A stretch of DNA of 64,000 nt from Raillietiella orientalis (Eukaryota), in contig JAYWIR010000007.1 of the NCBI GenBank assembly GCA_036172245.1, positions 434,001 through 498,000 of the forward strand, read 5' to 3'. The position numbers and the translations under genes are program-made. Below the pieces are notes generated by a model, which saw nothing but the letters and a program-made list of their open reading frames with translations, ran no database searches and was not told the DNA's origin. Positions 13,151 to 25,520 of this stretch are shown in pieces. Each line of letters begins with the position of its first letter. The first letter of the stretch is position 1.

Positions 13151-13559
13151 TTGAATCCTCGATCCATTCATCTGTGCCTTCTTTATTATTACCCTCTTAA
13201 CGTTATCGACAGCAAACTTCTGATACAAAAAAATAATAAAATAAAAAATAATAATTATCCCGAGATCGACCCACCTGTACCCACCCCGCTTTGTGCAGCT
13301 TTCGCCCTCAAAATTCAGATGTCAGGAATCGAGAGTTGACCTTCCGCATCCCTCGAACCAAGCTGACCCAACAACTCCTTGCCCGACTGAAGCGAACAGG
13401 CTCGAGAGGGCTCAATCCGTTGCCCCGACAGCAACATCCCCACCCTGCACTTTGACCTGCAGTTTCGCTCCGTCCGCTGGCCTCCGCATCAGAGGGCCGG
13501 CCCCGCCATCCGCTGCTTTGAAAACTACAGCCCCAGTATGCGGCACGCTTTTCCATCTA

Positions 13560-14800
13560 TTCCTTTCTATTTCTTAGAGCACTTGAAGCGCCTGCGAAGT
13601 AAATGCTCTGGAGCTGGTCATCTAACAACTCGTGTGCTTCCCCCCCCCCCCCACAGGGGAAAAAGTTCGAAGCCCCATTCAAGGCATGACGGCAAGATGC
13701 CGCAAAGTAGGTGCGTCTCTTAATGTTTCTTTCAAAGTCGCGTAAATAATAAAGAATCTTCATCGTTCTTGCAATGGAGGAAGACTCGGCAACCGCCTGC
13801 ATTCCAAATAACCCGGTGCCGGGGATGACCCGGAGGTCAGCAGAACAACGCTGGGCTTTTTCGTCTGCAATTTACAGTTCTTTCCCGGATTGTGGATAGC
13901 GGTTGGGTTACTCTTGAGAGAACTTGCCGTGGATGGGAACTGCCCGCCGCTGCAGGGGTGATGGCGTTCCTGCCTATCCGAATACCGTGATCCCAAGTGC
14001 CCTCCGGGACACACCCGTTCTCATTCATCCCTGGGATACTTTTTGCCTTGCATCCTCTCAAGGTCGAACGAATATCCCGTGCAGGACGCCTTGTTGCGAT
14101 TCGGAAACGGGATTTCAAAAGATCTGCCGGAATGACCACCACGCTTGCAGCACTGACCATTTGGGAAATCATTACGAGGCGCATTCAGCCATGCTTTCCC
14201 CGCCAGCGATCAGAGAATTGCTTCCGGGAAAAAGCGTCCCCTTGCTTTCGGTTGGGACACGGAATGGTACGGATGCTGCAGGAAACGGGAACCGACCTGC
14301 GCGGAAAGTTGCGGATGCCGAGAAAACCGACACGCACCGTTTTGCAAGGGACCTTTGACCTTTGAAGCATTCGCGAGGCTGCAAGGCGCCGGGTCTTCCG
14401 ACACCATCGACGCTTTACGTGTGGATGACCCGACACAAACGACAGGTTCGACGGCGCGCTGGAGGGCACGGCCGAGACGCCACGAGCGACTCCGCCGTCC
14501 CGAACCACACTCCACAGCTGAAGAGCCCGTTCTGGACGAGCGCCTGGCACACACACCTCGCTGACCTCCAGTCTGGAGCCATGGGCCAAATGTGCTACGC
14601 AGATGGGAAAGAAATGAGATTCCATCCCTGCGATACTTCTTCCACACGGCTTCTGGGAGTCCCTTCGGGAAAGCAGAAGAACGGTAAAATGTCCTCCCTC
14701 CTCCCCTCTCCCTCCACACGCGCTCTGGAGGCGCGCCCGCGTTGAAGGCGGCAGAAGAGCTCCACAAGTCGCCGGTCACAGCGCAGGCACGGAAGTCGAG
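13560..14800 (-). mobile_element. Decayed Penelope-like element (RT + GIY-YIG)
   Basis: Minus-strand VVRDGGVARGVSAVPSSA (cf. Y.Q..GVAMGSP.SP..A), MNENGCVP (cf. L..NGYP), RVTQPLSTIRE, SSIARTMKILYYLRDFERNIK...SCRHA (cf. YIG.T.R.L..R..EH...H) in PLE order. Confidence 0.5.
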
Positions 14801-15117
14801 ATGTCAAGAGGAGGGGGGGAAGAGTTTCCCGTCACGCGCCGAAACGTGCAATCGGCGAATCTTCCTTGGTCTCCCTCTAGAGGTCTTCTCCTCAATCATC
14901 GGTCCCTTGGTCTCAACCCCCCCCCCCTTCACGAGGCGACCTCTCCAGAGGTCACCTCGCGAGGCGCCCAAAAAACACACGGATCCCGACAAGGTGAACT
15001 ACTGCTCCGCTGGAACTCACCACAACGGGAGGTCACTCACGACACGCAAGTCGGGACGCCCCAAAGGCAGGCGGCGAACGTCTAAATGGCTCGACACACA
15101 TCAAACATGTAAAAGTA

Positions 15118-15123
15118 TTTATT
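15118..15123 (-). promoter_or_regulatory. Candidate polyadenylation signal of the RRM gene
   Basis: AATAAA on minus strand in an AT-rich patch downstream of the RRM coding region. Confidence 0.4.
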
Positions 15124-15544
15124 AAAAGCAGTTCGTCATCATCAAGATGATCCAATCGCTGGCAATAATCTGTTCTTCTCGCGTGCACGTGATGCGTTAA
15201 AATAATTAACAAAAGACTACTTGATTAGAACGGTCAGCGTGTCGATCAGTAGGTGACCGACGGGAGCGTATCTATGACGTAGGAAACCTCGCAAGAAGTG
15301 GGTATTTGCACGAGGCGGTAATCCGACTGGGGTGGCAAACCCCACTTCAGCACGTTCGCGGCCGACGCCAGCATGGGATTCACGTACAGGGAGGATCCCT
15401 TTTCGACGGCCGGACCTATCCAGCTTTCCCCGAGGTAGTCCGCCGGGTCACCGGAGCAGTCCATTTCGTACGGCGACGGCGGACGGAACGGCGAAACGGC
15501 GCTGCTGACGAGGGCCTCTGGCAGGGTCGCGTCTTCAGCAGCGG

Positions 15545-15918
15545 TCAGCCACGGGCAGCGGGGACGCTTCTGCCGTCGCGCGAGGGCCTGCGTGCGAGAC
15601 ATCCCGCGTCGTCTGGGAAACCGCTCACCTCCTTCTCCGCGAACGCCTTGCCGTCTTCGGCCGCCGCGTACCTCCTTGCCGCGTACCTCGCTGCGCCCAG
15701 CAGGCGGAAGTTCCCCTCCGCGCTCGGGCACGAGTCGTCCACCGCGCGGGGCAGCAGCATCGATTCGGCCAGGTAGCCCGCGGGAAAGAAACGATGCACG
15801 GGGCCCTCCGATGCCACCGCCCTGGGCAGCATCTTGCTCTGGCGGTGGTGGTGGGAGCAGCGGCTGACGGGCTTCGCCCAGGTCACCTCGATCCTGGCCC
15901 CGTCCAAGGTGCCGATCT
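15545..15918 (-). CDS. RBM46/RBM47/A1CF-family RNA-binding protein, exon 3 (end of RRM3 + C-tail; true 3' end uncertain)
   Basis: 68-nt intron 15919-15986 (gtacgg...ccccag), phase 1; continues EIGTLDGARIEVTWAKPV, the canonical end of RRM3 in this family; stop at 15545 if unspliced. Confidence 0.75.
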
Positions 15919-15986
15919 CTGGGGTTCGGAAGGGTGCGCGCGCGCGCGATACCCCGTTAAGAGGTGCCGCCGTCCTTCCTCCGTAC

Positions 15987-16161
15987 CTTGGATCTTCTGC
16001 AGGGTTTCCTCCGCCGCCTCCCTGTTGACGAAATGCACGAACGCGAAATGCCGGATCTTCTTCACTTTGATCACGCAGCCTCCGGACAGATCGTTGAAGA
16101 AGCCAAAGATGGTCGCCTCCGGAGTCGCCACCAGCAGGTTGCGGACGTACAGGACGGTCAC
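15987..16161 (-). CDS. RBM46/RBM47/A1CF-family RNA-binding protein, exon 2 (RRM3)
   Basis: Acceptor tttttag|, donor |gtacgg; VTVLYVRNL...VKKIRHFAFVHF matches RRM3 (VK.LYVRNL...VKK.RDYAFVHF). Confidence 0.9.
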
Positions 16162-16567
16162 CTAAAAAACACGGGACGCGGAGATAGATAGAAAACTGCC
16201 CCGCGGCCAGCAGGTCCCACGGTCAACTTCCACTTCCGCGCCGCTATCGAGTTTCGTGCTTGCGAATGGGGGGTCCGCAAATTTTCATCCACGCAGGTGG
16301 AAAAAAAAAAAAAAAAAAAAAAAAAGGAAAGAAAAACGGCTTGAAGCCACACCACAGACTCACAGTGCGTGCAGCAACAACCACGAACTCTCCCGGAGAG
16401 TTCATCATCATTACTACATCCTTGTATACAGATCACCACCAGCACCAGCAGAGCACTGATGTCAGTTTCGAACGGGGGTGGGGGGGGATCGCAGTGCCAG
16501 AACACGCAAGACCTCTCTCCTCCTGCTACCCTCAGGGTTCAGGAAATGACCCGGGTCCCGCACGTAC

Positions 16568-17347
16568 CTTGGACATGGTGGCCTCGTCGATTTCTGGCTC
16601 TGGAGCGGCCCAGTCCACGGCTATGTCGCTGCCCCACAGGTTCCTTCCCGGGACCAACTTCCTCCGCGCCATCGCCGCCGCCTTGTGGTTCTCGTACTCG
16701 ATGAAGGCGAACCCGCGGGACTGGTTCTTGTCGTTGGTCGAACTGTAGATGGTGACGTCCCTGACACCGTCGGTCAACAGCCTCATCTGCTCCAGGATTT
16801 CTTCCCGGCTTTTGGTTTTCGGCAGACCACCGATGAAAAGCTTGCAATTGTCTATGGACTTCATGACTCCGATGAACTTCCCCTTCCGGATTTCGAAGTT
16901 GTCGAACTCTTCGATGGCTCTCTTGGCGTCTTCCGGATTCGTGTACATGACGAACGCGTACCCGCGGGTGGTGCCACCGAAATTCATCATCAGGCGCAGT
17001 TCGTATATGGGGCCGACGGACTCGAACAGGGGCACCAACTCGTCCTCATAAAGATCCCTGGGGATCTTGCCGACGAATACCTCGCTTCCCTTGGCAGGAG
17101 GGTCGCCCTTCCAGTCCGGCGGCGGCCCGCCATACTTTCTCTGCCCGTTTTCCTGTATGATGGAGTATCCGCTCTTCTCCATGAGTTTCAGCAGGGCCTG
17201 CTGCTCGTGGTTGCCCACGGGCGGCGGCATGCCCGCATCGCCTTGCGGAGCACGTGGGGGGCACGGCGCTCTGCTCAGGGAGTTCAAGGAGCTGCTGTCC
17301 TTGTACTGCAGAGGTGGACAGGTCGCAGCATAACTCAGCGGCTCCAT
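16568..17347 (-). CDS. RBM46/RBM47/A1CF-family RNA-binding protein, exon 1 (RRM1+RRM2)
   Basis: [89 protein letters not shown]; donor |gtacgt at 16567. Lacks the long acidic N-terminal domain of hnRNP R/Q, favouring the RBM46/47/A1CF branch. Confidence 0.93.
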
Positions 17348-18079
17348 CGACCTGACTCATCCGTCGAGAAGCTGGTCGTCAACAAAAACCTTGCGGTCAT
17401 GCGGAGCGGGAAGAGCGAGCGGCAAAGAGGAGAGCATCGACTGGCGGCAGCAGGAAATTCGGGAGGGGGAGAGAGGGCGGGCGGGAGGGAGGGGGGGGAG
17501 GGAAGGCAGGACGCAAACTCGATCGTCCGACTCAGTCGCGAAAACACTACCGAAGGTGCGCGAGGGCTCGCGGTTGTGTGGTCCACTGCCGCGTCCCGGG
17601 AGCAGGGCGGAGCGTGTGGCTGGTCACTCCGGAACACGAAACGATTCCACGGCGCGAAACCGTCGGCACTCGCCAGGGAGACTCCTTGGAAACAATTAGC
17701 GGCACCCACTTTGCGTGCGGAGGGGCCCCACGAGGAGGAAGCCTTTCGAAACAATGGTCACGAATGCGAGCTCCTGATTGGTGGTGATTTATGGCGGCGC
17801 TGGTCAGTTTCCTTTATTTGACTTTTCCTCCTCCCCCTCCTTCCCCACGCGCCGGGAGGAGGACGAAGGAGGAGGGCCAAAAAAAAAAAAAAAAAAAGGA
17901 AAACCGTGCCGAAAAATTGGCCTCTCCCAACCCGAAAACCTCCCCCCATCCCTCTCCATCCTTGCACACCGGGAAAAACATCTCGCGTGTGCGTCGTATT
18001 CTACTTTTCTCACCTCCCACTCCCCACGGGGGACCGGATCGCTTCCCGGTGCTCCGAAGAGGGTAGGCCTAGCTCGGCC

Positions 18080-18177
18080 CCACGGAGCCACGCGCACCCC
18101 GCGCGCCGGCGGTGTTCGCGGCCATGCGCGGCCCTCCTGGTTTCGCCACGGAGCCACGCGCGCCGGCGGTGTTCGCG
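18080..18177. repeat. Short CpG-rich direct duplication upstream of the RRM gene
   Basis: ccacggagccacgcg...cgccggcggtgttcgcg at 18080-18120 (with a 9-nt insert) and again at 18146-18177. Confidence 0.8.
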
Positions 18178-18299
18178 ACCCTCCCGCATGCCACCGATGA
18201 TCGTCGAAGAGCAGTGTTCATAAAAGTTGCATCGTGGGGACGAAAGCTTCGCTCGAAGAGATCTGCTGGCTGATTCGAAATTTATGGTTCCCCACTAAA

Positions 18300-21200
18300 G
18301 GTTAACTCATGCGGCTTCGGTTGAACGCATCTGTTGGTGCTTTCAGATGATGTGGCAAAGGAGTGCTTAAAGGAGATTCGCTCACAGGCAAAGAAAAGGC
18401 CAAAAAAGAAAAAAGAGCAATCGAAGCACAAGCACTGGACTACGGCAATAAATCCCCGATGGATTGCAGTGTGATGCTTTGATCTTGGGTCCTTGCCATG
18501 GGAAAACCAGCTTATGTAATAAACTGGGTTTTGTAATGTAAACGGGAGCCCATTCCAAGGCACCCGGGTTCCGTGGATCCCATTGGGTACACCCCAGCAC
18601 GAGCGTCCCGGTGATCATGAAAGCTGAAGAGTAAACCGAAGCGATGGAACGAACCGAGCGAGAGGGTCAGAGCACTCTGGGCAACAGGAATTTACTGGAA
18701 TGCTCGGATGCTGATAGCTGGGGAATGAATAAAGAGCGAGTCTGAAGGCTGCTGAAAAATTCATCAGCAGTTGTTGGTAAATGTCTGTTGCTTTCAGACT
18801 CCGCTCGCGTCTTGCGTTGCAATTTCCCATCAGGTCATCTCTGTGCGCGTGGAAGATGGGGCAAAAGTGGAAGATGGTAATGAAGAAAGTAAGAGTGTTG
18901 CTGCCGTGGCGAAGAATCAGAAAACTTACTGTTTGTCGATTCAGCTCTTTGCAGTCGTGTTCTTTGCTTTTGGGAACAGAGATATTTGATTCGAGCACAA
19001 ACATTCGCCAGCTTTCGTGTTTGCGTTTGCTTCCATATGCGATCTCTGGATCAACATTCGGACCCGTTGCAGGTGCCGATGCTCCAGATGGATGTTGGGG
19101 AATCTCATTCGAGCCCGCTGCTCGCAACTGAGTGTGCGACCTGCGAGAAAACTGGTCAAAAGCCTGGCTTCTCCGAAGCTAATTCCTACGGAAGGCAGTT
19201 ACGAGGTCACTCGTCGGAAAGCATTTGGGCGTTTGCTGCTGCTGCTGGACAGATGCAGGTGTTTGCAGACAAAACTACTTTTGCAAGTGGTGCCATCCAT
19301 CAGCGTGGCTTTTCGATTGAGTTGACCGAGGGACTGTAGTTCAGACCTCTAGGCGGCACGAGGGTGGACCCTTCAGTGCCAGCAAACGAAACCGATAAAG
19401 CCTAAGAAAACGAGAAACAGAGAAATGAGAAAAGTCGAGAAAAGGGCAACTCGGAGATATGTATCCTTCTCTCCCTTACCCCCCCCCCCCCCGGAGAGAT
19501 ACGCTGAGCATTCAGGGGTCACAGGGACGTTTCTATCCAAGGAAAACAGAGTCTTCGTTTCCCAAGAAAAAACCAAGAACCCTCATGGCAGGACAAGCAG
19601 CAGGAATTTCCATACAGAGCTCGGAAAGATATCGGCATGCGCCGTCCCGCAAGAGGGACGGTCTGACGCGATGTGAGACCCCGGATAGGGACAGTAGGGA
19701 CCCCTCCTATGCGTCGAGCCTCCGCTCCCTATGTGGACTCAGGACATGGACCGTGGTTTAGTTTTCAACTAGCAATAATTTTATCTCCATTTCCGTCCTC
19801 GATTAGGATACCGTCCGTGAGCAAAGAGTGGCGCCTGGAGTGGCTCTCCGCACTTGCATCTCGGAGGCAGGCGTTGCCCGAGTTGGTGTGCGGGTGGGAC
19901 GCTGAGCGAGGCACCTGAGATTAAGAGGACTCGAGGGTTGGCTCAATGAAGGGTACGTGCCGCAAGGTAAGGCGAGCGGAAAGGCGTGCTGCGCATCCTC
20001 CGTTTCTATTTCAAAGTTTTCAGGTGATCTGCAACAACACGGGGAAACGGGGTGGTGATCTTTTCACCGCCGTGCAAGACGCCAGTAGCCTTGGAGAGGA
20101 GGAAGTAGGGATAGAGGAAGGTTCTGGCTAGCCCGAGAGGTGAACAGATAAGGCAGCCCTCTGGTTTGCGCACGCGAGGGACAGAGATAGATGGCAGTAG
20201 CACCTTCTTGTCGTCATTCGCTGATGCTATCTCAGCTCGTTTGTTTCTCTTGCTCTTCAAGTCCTCCAGGAAATATCTCCCTGTCAACTCCCGAGGGTCC
20301 CCGGCTGTGCCGCCGTAATTCAAGCCCGAGAGGCGGGCGATGGGAGAAGTCACGCTAGAAGTCCTCCTGCATGTGTGTGTGCGCGCGTGGGGAAGGAGGA
20401 GGAGAGAAAGAAGGAGTAGAGGGAAGAAAAGGGAGCAGAAGGAGCATCCAGGTGATCTAACGCCTTCTGGAGACCCAGTGGGTCGTGCGGGCGGCTGTTG
20501 CTACCCCTACTGCTTTTGCTCTTTCTCTAATCAGCAAGAATCCCATCGTCTCGGCTGGGCAGTTTCCCTATTTATCTACTTATTGCCTCATGCCGACGGG
20601 CGGAGCAAGAAGCAGCCTCAAATCAGTCGGATGTTCCACCTTAGTGTGCACGTTCTCTGCCGTTTGCCTGGCCTCTCGCGGGTGGTAGACGAACCTCCGT
20701 TGGAAGGCAGTCTCCGAGGCAAGCGCGCTTTTGAGGAACCCTGAGGCAGGGATATGAGGATATCTCGGCGGTTCGGGAATGGAATCGATGCGCAGGTGTT
20801 CCAGGGAGAACCCCGAGGCTCTGTCATCTTTCATCCGCCTGTTCTCGGCCCGTCCTTCCTCATCCCCTGGAACGTCCGGTCGCAGCGGTTGCTCCCGATA
20901 CCGCTCTCTCGAGCGGAAAAGTGCACTGACAACTCAAGCTTCATCCGAGGGCATGAGGAGCCGTCCCGCTCTCCCTGAATGCTCCTCAGCACCTTAGCAC
21001 CTCAGCACCGACGGGCGGGAAAGACTCCCCATTCTCTGGCAACTGGACTGAGAAGGCGATCATACCCCTTGCGCGCATTCGAAACCGACGGTCTACCAGG
21101 AAGTGCTCTCTCCGGGTGGAGGAGGGAGGAGGCGCGGCTCCGGAGACGGAAAGGGACCTTTCGTCACTTGGCAACTTCTGCAACATGGAGGAGGAAGGAA

Positions 21201-22600
21201 AGAATGGCGCGCCTAGCCTTCGTTGTTTTCTCGCCTCCGACGGGGAGTGCGAGCGTTCGAAGGAGCCCTGGCGCTTCCCATGGTAGCGTCGTGGCTCCAC
21301 CAGCTACGTCCACTCAGCAACGCTTGCAGAGTTGGCTGAGGACGTCCTGGCCTCTCCCTAGTGCCAGCCTCGCACCGGAAGCCTGGTAGTGGCTGTTCCG
21401 CCAGGTCACTGAGACCCCTCGTGGCTGTTTGCCTGACTCCTCTTCCCTCGTGAGCAGTCGACTCACCAGCGCGACTTCTGTCCCGGGAGGCGTGCAACTC
21501 TCTCCTTGCTGACTCCGACACCCCTTTAGGGCAAGCCGGCCTCGTTCCGGGAGAAGCCGCCTCCTTCCATTTCCGACGGCGCCTCCCGTCGACTCGTGAC
21601 GCGGTGGCCTTTGCTTTTTCCCCTTGCGCTTTGCTCCGCGTCCCAAGCAGTGGGGGTGGGTGGGGGAAGCATTCTCCGGGAAGGGGGTGCAATCTCCAAG
21701 CTTTTCAGGATAATCCACCTCCTTGCGGGATCGTTCCCCCGGGGGCGTCTCAAGCGGGACCGCAGCGCGTGGCACGCTGGAGTCACCGGGATGGGACCGA
21801 CACTGGCCAAACCGCTCCCGACGGAAGAGGGGACTCGGCTCTGAAGGCTGGACGCTCCTTCTCCTCCTGTCCTGTCCTCTTCTTCCTCCTCCCCCTCCTA
21901 CTCCAACTACCGAGCTCCAGCTCGTTCCAGAAGTCGCCGTCTGGGGCCGTTGCAGGACGGTAGGCCTCCTTTCTCTCTGCGAGGGTGGGTCCCTTTGGAA
22001 ACGTTTCCCTCGCTTGTTCCACGTGGTTCTTGCCCTAGAGCGGGACCTTTGTTTCCTCTTCCTTCTGTCTGCTTCCGCGCTAGAGGGTCCTGTTCCCATA
22101 GAAAAGCCCTCAGGGGGCGCGCGTGCCTTTCCGCGGGAGCAGCTGGAGTTCACGAGAGCGCCGGTCGCCTCGCGTGGCTCTGGAGCTTGCCTCCCCTCCC
22201 GCTGCCAGGTCCACTCGTTCCGAGCCTTCTCGAGGGTGTCGACGTGAAGCCTTCGTTCGCAAACCCCTTGACAATAGAGGAAGGGGGCAGGGGCAGCTCC
22301 CTCATCTCGTTCGTCCTCGCCCTTTGCGGCGCCGCATCTTCGACCGTCGTCCTCGTTGACAGCGACGCCCTCACCGCTCCAAGAGTCCGGCCCCGCGTCA
22401 CCGGCTTCTGGTTTTCCCGGCGTGCCAGCCGGCCCTCTGGGTCGGACTAAGGGCGGGAGTGTCTCACGGAAGTCCATCGGCAGAGACATCATCGGGGTCA
22501 AAGCGTTCGAGTAGGGGAGGGGTCCCGGATCGTGGATCGGATCCGGGGCAGCTCGGATCCCAGGGGTTTTCCCTTTCCGGGAGACGACCGCCCTGCCGCC
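18300..22600 (-). mobile_element. Possible long decayed non-LTR retrotransposon (gag-like 5' part, RT remnants, Cys-rich 3' part)
   Basis: Minus-strand SWSSVVG basic low-complexity region (~21900), PAETMGFL (~20550; cf. P.Q.GF), KATGVLHGGEKITTPF (~20080; cf. GVRQG..LSP.LF), FRLA...CCPECS (~18700). May be several fragments. Confidence 0.3.
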
Positions 22601-22930
22601 GGTCCTCGGCGTGCTCTTTGCCCGGGGATGCTTGTCTGATGTAGCAGAAAACCTGCAGGTTACGGCTCCAGGGGCATTGACGACAACACCGCCGCTGACA
22701 GAACAGCCCCACCCCGCTCCCTAGACCAGCAGCGAGAAAACGGTCACCAGTCACGGGGGGTCAAGCGAACGAACGACCCGCCCCGCCTTTTTGCTGGGGC
22801 GGGTCGTTTCGCTCGCTTCGCTCCAGGAGAGACGGTGCCAACACGACGCGGCACTCCGAATGCCTCCCACCCCCTGGCGGAATGACCCACCGAATCTGCT
22901 TCTTGCCCAGGATCTGGAGGGTTGTCCCGA

Positions 22931-23520
22931 TTTTCATCCTGGTGCACCGGGTTATTTATTTCGATAACAAATATATTACAGGAACTGTGGTTGGACCAGT
23001 AGTGCAAGCACGCACGATTTCATGGAGACCTGCCGGGTCACCGGTTCGCAGACCGGCGCAGTCCACCACAGCAGCAGAGGGGAGGGGGCATACAAAAAAA
23101 AATAAACACACTCTGGGGGGTGCGGGAAGGGATCACCGTTTGTTGGTGGCAGTCCGTTCCATCCTCTCTAGGATGTCAACAAGGTATTGCTGCTTATTAT
23201 TTTCGAGGTGGAGCCATCGCGTTGCTATCCTGATGAAAAGGACGGCAAAGTGGATGGCATCCCTGTAGCCGGATCCTCCCGTTTCTTAACTCCAAGAAGC
23301 GACGATCCCGCGTAGGCAGCACAGAGCTGCCAGCGAGGTCGCTGGACGAAGGGCGTTGTGAACGAAGAGGAGTTTTAAAGCGTCCCTGGAGTTGCCTCCG
23401 GGTGCTCCCAGGGCCGCGGCAAAGCGTTCCCAGAGGAGCCGGAGGGCGTCACAGTTCACGAGCACGTCCGGGAAGGGATGATTCCCATCTCCCACACCTG
23501 CGGCAGTCCGGGCTCCCCTT
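22931..23520 (-). mobile_element. Tx1/L1-clade LINE family, 3' end copy
   Basis: Clear nucleotide similarity to 50937-51440 and 37029-37470; translation DVLVNCDALRLLWERF...LLFVHNALRPATSLAALCCLRGIV; ends AATAAA + acccggtgcaccaggatgaaaa. Confidence 0.72.
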
Positions 23521-23699
23521 CCTCAGCGTCCAGGGGTGTCGGCGGCCGGCGAGGGAGTCGTTTGTGAAGGGGCTGCCGCCCTTCAAGGCAGAGGGTAGCC
23601 GGTCCGCTGGTTGCCGCGAATTCGGGCCGACGACGACGCGCAGAACGAACGTTCTGAAAAGAGGGTTCCCCGTCTTCCCGAAATCCAGGACGGAGACGC

Positions 23700-25520
23700 C
23701 CTCCCCCCTTCCTGTGCGGGTGGCGAGCCCCTCGCTGAGACGCAGGGGCTAGGGAAAGAGGGAGCGGTGCGCTTGGGTGCCGACACGGGGAACCGGGACG
23801 AAACGGAACCAGCACTCGTGGCACCCCAGGCGAAAAGCGCCGACTATCCCAGCGTCCGGGACTTGCACGGGGCGGTGGTGGAGGGGGTACCCGCGGGAGG
23901 GGAAAATTTGATGCCGCGCTACTTGAGGGAGCCAGTGCGGAGACTAAGGGGGCTCTCGAGGAGGGTCCTGCCGAAAGGGGCCGCGGAACCTCCAGGCACA
24001 TCCAGGGACGTTTTAAGCCTCCTCTTCGTGAGGGACGCCCTGCTGCCAGCCGCAGTTCTTTGCTACATCTGCGGGATTGCGGTGGCCTGGAGAGACGCTG
24101 AAGGAGGACTGAACGAGAGGGACGCCTTTTAGTGTGCAGTTCGCTTTCCGCGGGTAGCAGCCAGACGGCCCATCCCCCGGGCACATTTGGAGACGCCTCT
24201 TAGCGCATGCTGCACTGCTTCCAGTCACGTCCCTCGCAATCCTCTGCCGTCTTCGTGGATTGCCAAAGGAAGAAGCCAAGATGGCAGGAACGCCACCCGC
24301 TGGGCGCGGATGTACCTGAGGACCGCCTCGAGATGTCTGATGGGTTATTACTTGGGTTAGTTTTCAGACCGAACCTGCTGGCATCCAGGACAGGATGCGG
24401 AAGACGTCTCCCAGAGAAATGTGATCCCATCCTGGTCCTCCCGTCAGTGAAACTTTTTTCCTCCCATTTTTCTCTGTTTTGTTTGTTTCTTTTTTTTCCC
24501 CGCGGTTTTCCCTTCCCCGTCGCTGTGGAAACGGACCTCGCCGGTCCACGTACCGACCGTGGCAAGTTCCGAGCACGCGGTGCAACCGAGTGTTTCACCA
24601 CACTTGAACACTCTCAGTGCATTTTTTTTATCACTATTTTGTTTAAGAATGAATGCCCCCCGGAAAAACCGGGTGGAAAACCTGGGCGCTATCCGGACGG
24701 ACCTAGCCGGCATCCTAGAAGGTGTGCAGCGGACTCCACCCGGCGGACTGTGATCCCTTCCCGATCTTCCAAAGTATTCTTATTTATTTTTATTCATCCT
24801 TGTATTTTTTCTTTTTGTTTTTCTCCCCGCCCCTTCCGCCTCCGAGTTGATCCCCAGCCGGTCTGCGCACCGGCAACCCGGCAGGTCCTTTGCAGAATTG
24901 GTTGGCGGTGGGACCTCGCGCCCCACCAGGAAAGTTGTAGGTTTCTTGCTGTGAATAAACAGCCTCGGGCGTGACCGGGTGGCAACGCGGGCCGCCATCC
25001 GTTACGGTGGGTGCAAGGGAGGCAGGGCGACAGGAAAGGCCACCGGAAAAAAAAAAAAAAAAAAGGGACATTCCCTTTCGGAAAGGTCGAACTCCACTCC
25101 TTCCCACCATGAGTGCTGTCGGAACTTCGCCGTCGAATGAACGCAGGGCATCCCTAAGGGCAAGGGGGAACGGGGAAGGAGGAAAGGGAATGGGTTGCGC
25201 GGCGTACCGGGTGACTTCGCACTAGCAATGACCGGATGAGGCGCGGTGCTGCTGCGCTGATCTACTCCGGTTCTAAGAAAGCAGCGGTGGTTTCTCTCCG
25301 TTTCTGCCCAGCGAAGACCTTCCTCGGGGACCGTACTCTTCGCCGTGAGGGCCAGTCCATCCCGCTACTATTTATTTATTTATTGCTTCTTCCCCTTTCC
25401 TGATTCTCTTCCCATTGCGGCTCAGTTCCTTTCGTTTCGGACCCGCACTCTTCGGCCTCTTATTTACTGTACAAGTTTTATTTATTTATCTTGAATAAAT
25501 GGCTCGCCATCCCGGGATGA
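23700..25520 (+). mobile_element. Tandem stack of 3-4 Tx1/L1-family 3' end fragments
   Basis: LLFVRDALLPAAVLCYICGIAVAW (~24015-24090); YLRTASRC (~24310-24335); 3'UTR hairpin blocks at ~24533-24557 and ~24857-24889; terminal motifs at 24648-24680, 24954-24985 and 25494-25522. Confidence 0.62.

Noticed and set aside
16685..17821. 378-aa plus-strand ORF
   Set aside because: Antisense shadow of the RRM coding exon; no recognisable domain.
18615..19127. 170-aa minus ORF with a gtaagt donor as a novel gene
   Set aside because: Candidate donor and acceptor phases are incompatible (splicing gives an immediate stop); more consistent with a retroelement 3' remnant.
21314..22501. 395-aa minus-strand ORF
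   Set aside because: Low-complexity Arg/Gly/Pro sequence with no splice or homology support; at most a decayed gag-like region.
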